Below are positions 47,715-55,418 of a stretch of 64,000 nucleotides of DNA, piece after piece. A model generated the notes under the pieces. That model saw only the letters and a program-made list of their open reading frames with translations. It searched no databases and was not told the DNA's origin. The stretch's first letter is position 1; each line of letters starts with the position of its first letter. This DNA is from Planctomycetota bacterium (GTDB taxonomy: Bacteria; Planctomycetota; UBA11346). The stretch is from positions 1-64,000 of the forward strand of contig JBBQSO010000018.1 of assembly GCA_038213805.1 (NCBI GenBank), read 5' to 3'. The position numbers and the translations under genes were made by a program.

Positions 47715-50700
47715 ATGACCGTCCCGCCCCGCCCCAGCCCACCCATCGCAGCGCACCCGATCCCCCTGACGCGGCGCTGGCAGATGCTGGCGACCGCCGC
47801 GCTGCTCGTCGTGCTGCGCGGAGCGGGAGCGGCGGCCGAGCCTGCGGGCGAGCCGGCCACCAAAGTCACCGGCACCGGCGCGCCGGTGACGGTGGCCGAT
47901 CGCGGCGACGGCACGGTGACGATGTCCAACGGCATCGCCACCATCGTGGCGGTGAAGAAAACCGGCCGTCTCAACTCGGTGAAGTACACCTACGAGCACG
48001 CCGGAGCGGCAACGACCACCGAGACGCTGCTCGGCAACGGCCAGTACTACTACGGCGGGTTTTCGCTCGGCAGTGGCGAGTTCGAGTACAGCCTGGCCAC
48101 GGACCCGGCCACCAACGGCGGCGATTACGGCGACCTCCGCCTACTCAGCACCAGCCCCACGAACGGCGTCATGGAGATCCACTTCTCGATGCTGCGCGGC
48201 TCGCCGGGTTTCTACTCAACCGCTTCCATGACTCACCGCGCGCAGGACGAAGCCTTCGAAGTCGGCGCCTGGGGCGTCGTCACCCGCGTGCCGCGCGCCT
48301 TCAACTGGATCAGCGCCGACGCGCGGCGCGACTTCTTCATCGGCGTGCCCACCTCGAAGGGCGGCAAGGGCAACGACGCGCCCCACGAGATCAGCCTCAA
48401 CCTCGACGGCACTCAGCAGGGCGCGTACGCCGACAAGTTCATCTACAGCCAGGACCACTGCGACCTCGACGCCTGGGGCTGGAGCAGCGTGGGCCCGGGC
48501 GGATTGAACGTCGGCCGCTGGATGATGACGACGATGGAGTTCAGCAACGGCGGGCCGCTGAAGCGCGACGTCTCCGCCTACGCGTACAGCGAGCTGAACA
48601 ACTCGATCCTGACCGGTGAGCTCGGCCAGGGCTCGGACGGATACATGGACAAGGGCGAAATCTGGACCAAGACCTGCGGCCCCTGGTTCACCTACCTCAA
48701 TCACGTCCCCGCGACCGTGGCCGACCCCAAGGAAGCCGCGCACCAGCTCTTCGCCGACGCGCGCGCCCGCGCCGCGGCCGAAGCCAAGGCGTGGCCCTAC
48801 CCCTGGTTCACCCACGCCGGCTTCGTGCCCCCCGCCGGGCGCGGACGGGTCAGCGGCCGGATCGTCATCGCCGATCCCGGCGATCCCGGCGCCTCGGCGC
48901 AGGGGCTATGGGTGGGCCTGCAGATCCAGCCGCAGACCCACAAGGGCTTCTATGATTTCCAGAAGTGGTCGAAGACCTACCAGTTCTGGACGCGGACCGC
49001 GGCGGACGGCAGCTTCACCATCCCCGACGTCATCGCCGGCAGCGGTTACACGCTGTGGGCGTTCGGACCGGGCGCGGCCGGAACCTTCATGTCGCACCCC
49101 CTGACGGGAGGCGCCCCGCCGTTCACGTGCGACCTCCCGGAGGCGCCCTTCACCGTCGCGGTGGTGGCGGGAAAAACCACGCAACTGGAAACCATCCGCT
49201 GGGTCCCGCAGCGCGTCGGCGCGACGGTCTTCGAACTCGGCGTCCCCGACCGCAAGGCCGGCGAGTTCCGCCACGGCGAGGACTACTGGAACCCGGGTAC
49301 CCCGCCCAAGCTCGGCTTCCCCACCCCGGTGTGGGGCGGTCAGATGGAGTTTCCCGTCGATTTCCCGGACGGCATGACCTACGAGGTCGGCACCGGTCAG
49401 TGGCCCCGGGACTGGAACTACGTGCTGCCGGCGATGGCCGATCCGGAGGGCAAGTACCAGCCGTGCTCGGGCACTATCGCCTTCACCCTGGCGCAGGCGC
49501 CCGTCGCCGGGGCGAAGGCCTCGCTCTACCTCGCCCTGGCCGGCAACGACGGCGACCACGTCCGTATCGCCGTCAACGACACCGACCTGGGCGCCGCCAG
49601 CGATGTGGTGGCGGCGCCGAACGCGCTCGCGCCCGACGGCTTCAAGCCCCCCTACTCCGACACCAGCAGCATCCACTTCAGCGATCACGGCCCGTTCTGC
49701 GACCAGCGCGTCACCTTCCCCGCGTCATTGCTCAAGGCCGGGCGCAACACCCTGCGTATCACCATGGACACGCGCCAGTTTGTCGCCTACCTGATGGTGG
49801 ACTACCTGCGCCTGGAGCTGACCGGCCACGTGCCCCCGGCCCCGGCCGCGGTCAGCGCGAGTGCGGGCAACGGGCGGGTCGTGGTCACCTGGCCTGCCGT
49901 GCCCGGCGCGACCAGCTACGCGATCCTGCGCGCGGAGGGCGGCGGCGCCCCGGTCGCGCTCGCGCCCGAGATCACGGGGCCGGTCTGCGGCAGCGGCACG
50001 GGCCCGGCCACCTACCTCGACACCACCGCCGCCAACGGCGCGTCCTACACCTACACCGTGCGCTCGCGTAACCCGATCGGACAGAGCGCGCCGTCGGCTC
50101 CCAGCCGGGCGGCGCAGCCGCAGGCGACGGCGCCGACGGGACCACCGGCCGCGCCGGCCGCACCGGTCATCACCGCGTCAAGCCACCACCGCGTCGCGCT
50201 GCGCTGGAGCGCCGTCCCGGGAGCCACCGGCTTCCGCCTCTGGCGCACCACCATGCACACCGACGGGGTGGGCGGGACGTATCCGCTGCGCACCATCCTG
50301 CTCGACACCACCACCGCCATGGAGTCCGTCGACACCTCGCCGTCCGATGGCCGCATCTACTCTTACCACCTGACGGCCGTAAACGCGGCCGGCGCCAGCC
50401 AGGCGTCGCCCGCGGTGGCGGCGATACCGCTCCCCGCCCCACCCACGGTAGCGACGTCGGGGCTCAGCGGCACCTGGACGAAGACCCGCGGAGGTCCGGC
50501 GATCACGCTGTCCTGGTCCGCGGTTCCCGGCGCGACCGGGTACGTCATTTACCGTTCCACCAAGTCCGGAACGACCTTCACGTGGCCCGGGGATTACCTC
50601 ACGGCGCTGGTGGAGACCACCTACACGGACCGGGGCAACACCGACAAGAACGCACGCGTCAAGGGGCTCGACCTGACCGGCGACTACTCGTACCAGGTGA

Positions 50701-50759
50701 CGGCGGTAAACGCCGGCGGGGTCTCACCTCCAGCGACGGTGCACGTCGGGGCGCGGTGA
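47715..50759 (+). CDS. PL4 rhamnogalacturonan endolyase-like protein with C-terminal fibronectin III domains
   Basis: DKF, GGPLK, WTK..GPW..YLN, WPY.WF, YQFW....DG.FTI, G.PDRKA.EF, DWNY and DYLRLE; three FN3-like repeats. Confidence 0.9.
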   Translation: MTVPPRPSPPIAAHPIPLTRRWQMLATAALLVVLRGAGAAAEPAGEPATKVTGTGAPVTVADRGDGTVTMSNGIATIVAVKKTGRLNSVKYTYEHAGAATTTETLLGNGQYYYGGFSLGSGEFEYSLATDPATNGGDYGDLRLLSTSPTNGVMEIHFSMLRGSPGFYSTASMTHRAQDEAFEVGAWGVVTRVPRAFNWISADARRDFFIGVPTSKGGKGNDAPHEISLNLDGTQQGAYADKFIYSQDHCDLDAWGWSSVGPGGLNVGRWMMTTMEFSNGGPLKRDVSAYAYSELNNSILTGELGQGSDGYMDKGEIWTKTCGPWFTYLNHVPATVADPKEAAHQLFADARARAAAEAKAWPYPWFTHAGFVPPAGRGRVSGRIVIADPGDPGASAQGLWVGLQIQPQTHKGFYDFQKWSKTYQFWTRTAADGSFTIPDVIAGSGYTLWAFGPGAAGTFMSHPLTGGAPPFTCDLPEAPFTVAVVAGKTTQLETIRWVPQRVGATVFELGVPDRKAGEFRHGEDYWNPGTPPKLGFPTPVWGGQMEFPVDFPDGMTYEVGTGQWPRDWNYVLPAMADPEGKYQPCSGTIAFTLAQAPVAGAKASLYLALAGNDGDHVRIAVNDTDLGAASDVVAAPNALAPDGFKPPYSDTSSIHFSDHGPFCDQRVTFPASLLKAGRNTLRITMDTRQFVAYLMVDYLRLELTGHVPPAPAAVSASAGNGRVVVTWPAVPGATSYAILRAEGGGAPVALAPEITGPVCGSGTGPATYLDTTAANGASYTYTVRSRNPIGQSAPSAPSRAAQPQATAPTGPPAAPAAPVITASSHHRVALRWSAVPGATGFRLWRTTMHTDGVGGTYPLRTILLDTTTAMESVDTSPSDGRIYSYHLTAVNAAGASQASPAVAAIPLPAPPTVATSGLSGTWTKTRGGPAITLSWSAVPGATGYVIYRSTKSGTTFTWPGDYLTALVETTYTDRGNTDKNARVKGLDLTGDYSYQVTAVNAGGVSPPATVHVGAR

Positions 50760-50953
50760 CACGGGACGCTCCAACGGCTCGCGCTTTCATTCTTGCTAGG
50801 GCCGCTTGAGAGCATCACCAGGATGACCTCGGTTTCGGCGTACAGACCACGGTTATTCGCGCCCGGCAATGGCTCACCCAGCGTCCCGTGACGTTTCCGC
50901 TTTCACCCGACTTCCCCACCGCGGACCGAACTTCGGTCTGCCCCAAGCCGTAA

Positions 50954-51813
50954 GAAGCTGTCTGGAAACGCTCATGGCTGACGCCGGATGAACACTCGGA
51001 TTATAGCGAGTCGGATGAAAGCCTCTGTATGCTTCGAGCAGCACTCATATTCGCTGCGCCAGTCGCCGACATGCAACCATCCATGCGGTGGTGTGCTCAA
51101 TCACCCATCGTCTTGATAGGACGGCGAATCCGCGCTGTCCTGGTTCTTTGTCGACAATGCACATGGTGAGGCGGCGACGTTGGCGCAGGTTGTGTACGCT
51201 ACGCACTGCAGGAGCTTGCCGCGATACCCGCCGTCGGCCCAGATGAGCCTGACTCGGGTCATGGTGGTGGCGAGGCCCTTGAGTATCAGCTGCGCTCCGT
51301 CGCGATCCTGGAAGTCGGCGGCGTGCACCACCACATCGACCAGATTTTCCTGTGAATCCACGAGCAAATGACCATTTCCTCCCATGATCTTCCTCCCGGC
51401 ATCATATCCGAAATCCCGCGTGGCTGAGCTCGATCCTTTGACACTTTGGCTGTCGATGATCAGCGCCGACGGATCGGCCTGACGTTTGATGCGGCGGCGC
51501 TCACCCCGACGAAGTCGGCGCAGAGCCTTCTCCGTGATGCCGGCGGCGACACAGCCTGACCAATGCCGATAGACAGTCTTCCATGGAGAGAACTCGGGCG
51601 CAAATTGCGCCACTGACAACCGCTTTCGAGCAGATTGAAGACCGACTCGAACAACCGCTTTGTCGTGTGCTGACGCGGACGACCAGTTCGGTCAAGTGAA
51701 GGGAAAAGGCGGTAAATCAGGCCCCAGGAGCTGTCGGAAAGGTCATTGTGCGAATTCTCTCAGGCGACTGAGAGATCAACGCACCCAGGCGTTCGAGGCT
51801 TCCAGGCAGCTTC
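50954..51813 (-). mobile_element. Decayed IS5-family (IS1031-like) insertion sequence, 860 bp
   Basis: Terminal IRs GAAGCTGTCTGGAA (50954-67) and TTCCAGGCAGCTTC (51800-13), 13/14 match; flanks TAA and TCA. Confidence 0.8.
51000..51760 (-). pseudogene. Frameshifted IS5-family transposase
   Basis: Fragments in different frames: DLSDSSWGLI, GCQWRNL, PWKTVY, IIDSQSVK..GYDAG, QDRDGA, WADGGY and RWVIE. Confidence 0.88.
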
Positions 51814-52056
51814 TCAACGATTCGTTGTTTGACCTTACGGTCGTCTGTACAATCCTTGGAGTCCGGATGCGTGGCCAGCTGTTTCCCACGTAACTTTTAA
51901 CATTCAGTACTTTCTGACTGTTCATACCGGCGCACTGTCTGTGCAATCTCGTGTGCACTTTGGACGGTCTTGGAGCTTGCGACGGACGGCGATTGCGTCC
52001 GGACCGCGAGCGAGATGATACCGCCCACCAAAAGAAGGTCAGGCAAGGAACTGAAA

Positions 52057-52137
52057 TGCTCCAGCTTGGCTGCGATGCGAACGATCACGGCGGAGATCAC
52101 CTCGCACGTGATCCCGGTCATGTTGGCGTAGGGGAAC
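52057..52137 (+). ncRNA. Degenerate TPP (thi-box) riboswitch; 5' boundary approximate
   Basis: GGCGGAGA..CACC..ACGTGATCCCGGTCATGTTGGCGTAGGGGA versus consensus GGCTGAGA..ACCC..ACCTGATCnGGnnATnCCnGCGTAGGGA; lies upstream of a thiC relic. Confidence 0.65.
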
Positions 52138-52220
52138 AAAATGACCGCACCCGTTCCATGGTAACACACGTCACCGCGCCGCCCTTTATCTTCTTTACTC
52201 CCGCCCTTACGAGTTCCCTC

Positions 52221-52451
52221 ATGCGCTCCGCCTACCTCCGAGACCGCCACACTCGCCCCAAGGTTACCCAACTGCACTACGCGCGCCGCTGCGTCATCAT
52301 TGATGAGATCTGCCGGGTCGCCGATCACGAATTCCTGTCCCCGGAACTGGTGGTAAGCGTGGCGGAAACAGGGCGCACGACCATTTCCGCCGAGGCGGTC
52401 CGCGAGGGACAGGCGGAACACAAGGCACGCCTCGCCGGAATGACGGGCTAA
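52221..52451 (+). pseudogene. thiC: Truncated thiC (HMP-P synthase) remnant, 76 aa
   Basis: MRS......KVTQLHYARR.VI.DE...VA..E.L.PE.V...A..GR..I.A resembles the short-form ThiC N-terminus (VTQMHYAR.G.ITEEM..VA.RE.L.PE.IR.EVARGR.IIPAN); catalytic body absent. Confidence 0.78.
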
Positions 52452-52456
52452 CCCGC

Positions 52457-52795
52457 GTGCTGCGCAAGGCCTTTGTGATGGCAGTTCACCCCGGCTGCGA
52501 AGCCGTGTACGAGAGCCGACACCGCCCGATTTGGCCAGAATTGGAGGCAGTGTTGCGCGCGCATGGCGTACGCGGCTATTCGATCTTTCTGCACGCCCCT
52601 ACACGCCAGCTCTTTGCTTACGCCGAGATCGAGAGCGAGGAGCGCTGGCAAGCGATTGCCTCTACCCTGGTGTGCCAGCGCTGGTGGACGACAATGGCCG
52701 AGCTCATGCCGACCAACCTGGACGGCAGCCCGCAGGCAGTGGACCTGCGCGAGGTGTTCCACATGAGTGAGACGCAGGGCGAGAACATGAGGTAG
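52457..52795 (+). CDS. rhaM: L-rhamnose mutarotase
   Basis: RKAFVM......YE.RH.PIWPEL, YSIFL, LFAY.EIESEERW..IA...VCQRWW..M...M..N.D.SP...DLREVFH. Confidence 0.93.
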   Translation: MLRKAFVMAVHPGCEAVYESRHRPIWPELEAVLRAHGVRGYSIFLHAPTRQLFAYAEIESEERWQAIASTLVCQRWWTTMAELMPTNLDGSPQAVDLREVFHMSETQGENMR

Positions 52796-52820
52796 ACCCA
52801 TGCGGGCCCAGTACGAAAAC

Positions 52821-54248
52821 CGTACTGCGCAGATATCCATCGCGATCATTTTCTTCGGATTCCCCCGCAGATTATTCCTCGACGGCGTATCCCCGATTCA
52901 ATAATCCGTCACTGTGACGCCGCCTGCCCATCAAAAATCACCTCGCGGCCTGCCGCCCGACATCGCGTCGGCGGATCGAGTAACGATCAATCCGATAGAT
53001 TCAGGCGGCGACGCGGTGGTAGTGCCGCACGACCCCGCCGCAGCGGGTCACGCAGCGGATCTGGCTGGTCGTAAATCCCGCGATGGGTTTCTGCGCAGGT
53101 GCAGGAGCAGCCTGAGAATCGCCGTTCAGCGGTCGGTTGCCCATTCCCTGATGCGGCCGCTCCCGGCTGTAATGCTCGTCGACGAACTCGTTCAGCACCC
53201 GGCAGAGTCCGGCAGAGCCCAGGAACCAGACGCGGCGCGTGCACTCCCGCTTGACGGTGCGCACCCATCGTTCGGCGATGGCATTGCAGTTGGGACTTCT
53301 CGGCGGGATGGGAACTGTCTCGATGCCGGCAGCATTGAGCACCTCCTTCCAGCGTCCGCAGAATTTGGTGTCCCGGTCGTGGATCAGGTAGCGGCAGCCC
53401 GCCTGCTTCAGCCAGCCCGTGCCTTCCATGGTCTCATTCCGGGCGATCTGGGTCATGTACTCAGCGTTGGCGTGCTCGGTGACGCCCAGGATCTTCACCT
53501 GTCTGGTCTTGTGGTGGATGGCGAACAGCACGTCGTAGGTCGTCTTGCCCAGCCAACCCATCACATCGACGGTGAAGAAGTCGGTGGCCACCAAGGCGTC
53601 GGCCTTCTCGGTCACAAACCGTTTCCAGGACCAATCGGTGCTACGCTCGGGTGCTGGCGTGAGTCCATGTCGATCCAGAATGGCGGCGATGGTGCGCGGC
53701 GAGAGGGGAATCAGCAGCAGCACCAGCATGCCGGCGATGCGCAGCTGTCCCCAGGTTGGGTTCTCTTTGGCCAGGCGCAGGACGACCTGCTCGATCTCGG
53801 TATCCACACGCGGCCGACCGGGACCGGCTCGCTTCGTGCCGAGCTTCCCCGTCAGCATCAGACGATGCCAGCCACGGATGGTGGCCGCCTTGGCAATGGT
53901 GGCGATCTCATCCAGGCGCTTCCAGCCAACACCGCTGGCGGTTCTGGCCAGGCGTTTGCGCCATCGGTCAGTGAAGCGCAAGGGCTGTCCCATGGGGATT
54001 TGCTCACGGAGGTAGGCGATTTCGGTGCGCAGGTACGCGACCTCGGCGATGAGCGTTTTGTTCTTTTTGGCCAGGATGGTGGCGGCGATGAGCCGGGCGA
54101 GAAAGGGAAGGCTATCCATAGGGCGATGGAGCCTGGAGAACCGGTCGGGTGGCTCAAGCGTTGGGGGCGGGCGGCGTGATGAGGCAGAGGGGGATTCGGG
54201 ATGGCTCGGGCGGCGGGATCCGGCCTGGGTGAATTTCTGAGCACTACG
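52821..54248 (-). mobile_element. IS481-like insertion sequence with CGTA termini
   Basis: Imperfect IRs CGTACTGCGCAGATATCC (52821-38) and GAATTTCTGAGCACTACG (54231-48), 14/18 match, around an rve gene; no target duplication. Confidence 0.65.
53001..54119 (-). CDS. Integrase-core (rve) DDE transposase
   Basis: GRP, LAKENPTWG..RI.G, ATDFFTVD, YLIHDRDTKF, SPNCNAIAERWVRTVKREC and ERPHQG. Confidence 0.93.
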   Translation of the reverse strand: MDSLPFLARLIAATILAKKNKTLIAEVAYLRTEIAYLREQIPMGQPLRFTDRWRKRLARTASGVGWKRLDEIATIAKAATIRGWHRLMLTGKLGTKRAGPGRPRVDTEIEQVVLRLAKENPTWGQLRIAGMLVLLLIPLSPRTIAAILDRHGLTPAPERSTDWSWKRFVTEKADALVATDFFTVDVMGWLGKTTYDVLFAIHHKTRQVKILGVTEHANAEYMTQIARNETMEGTGWLKQAGCRYLIHDRDTKFCGRWKEVLNAAGIETVPIPPRSPNCNAIAERWVRTVKRECTRRVWFLGSAGLCRVLNEFVDEHYSRERPHQGMGNRPLNGDSQAAPAPAQKPIAGFTTSQIRCVTRCGGVVRHYHRVAA

Positions 54249-54338
54249 TGGTCGTGGTCAGGTCGCCGGTCAGGTCAATTTGAAGTACGGACAGGAGCCG
54301 GGAGTGCAATTCTACACCCACATTTCTGACCAGTACGA

Positions 54339-54758
54339 CTGCGGGATATGGGCCGCATAGAACGGACGCTATTTGCCCTGGACTGGATGCAGCATGTCGA
54401 ACTACGACGCCGTGTGCAGGCCGGCTTGAACAAGGGTGAGGCCAAAAATGCCCTGGCCCGTGCTGTGATTCTGAACCGGCTGGGCGAGATCCGTGACCGC
54501 GGATTCGAGAACCAGCGATACCGTGCCAGCGGCCTCAACCTGGTGGTGTCCGCCATCGTGTTGTGGAACACAGTCTACCTGGAACGGGCGATCCAGGCGC
54601 TTCGGGCGGCGGGCCGTGACATCGATGAGAAACTCCTCCCGCACCTGTCGCCGCTGAGCTGGGAGCACATCAACCTGACCGGCGACTACGTCTGGCGGCA
54701 GCGTAAGCCGCTTGAGAAAAATGGGTTCCGAAAGCTACGGGAACCTGGAAATGCTTAG
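54339..54758 (+). pseudogene. tnpA: C-terminal fragment of a Tn3-family transposase
   Basis: [11 protein letters not shown]...[34 protein letters not shown] and [15 protein letters not shown]. Confidence 0.93.
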
Positions 54759-54791
54759 CGTACGATATTGTCCGTTTCGTGAGCAGACCCC
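54754..54791 (-). repeat. Tn3-family 38-bp terminal inverted repeat
   Basis: Minus strand reads GGGGTCTGCTCACGAAACGGACAATATCGTACGCTAAG (GGGG...ACGCTAAG) and overlaps the tnpA stop. Confidence 0.92.
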
Positions 54792-55418
54792 GAGATGGTC
54801 CGGGCGTTGGTCACGACAGTAACTCTATGGACAATGATAACCCATCAAGGGTTATCGTCTAAAGTACAGTTATTGATGGTTTTAGGCGCACAGAGTACAG
54901 CGGGCGCAATGCGTCATGCAATGTTACCCAAAGAGCCGGCCAGTATGTAATTGTTCGATATCTTAAAGCGGTCTCGCAGGTTGGAGGGTGGATCAATGAT
55001 CAATCTGATCGGGGAGCATTGCTTCGACGATGCCAGCCGAAACACCATTGATGGTCTCCACCACGCGCAGATGGGCTGATTCCTTGATGCGGAGCATGCG
55101 ACTGAGCGTCTAAGGCCATCGCTCATTGAACGGCGGCCTCACGCGCAAGACAGCGTCCAGAATTCAGAGAACCAGCCGTAATCGGTAAAACCCACCTCGG
55201 TCATACATATGATTGTGAGGTCACGGTTAATCGCTGGGTAGCGATGGCTTCGGTGTTCGTTAGGGCAGGAACGAAGCGGGCGAGTGATCCCGTTGGATGG
55301 AACGATGATCGCATCGCAAGCATGCCGTTGGACTCCTGCCAACCTTGGACTTGGGCTCTCCCGTCTCGTATTAAAAGTTTCGTCCGGGTCATGGTCGTCA
55401 ACGGTGCCAGTCCGAAGA

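Noticed and set aside
51951..52451. IstB/ATPase reading of the IIDEI motif
   Set aside because: No Walker A; the context matches the ThiC N-terminus
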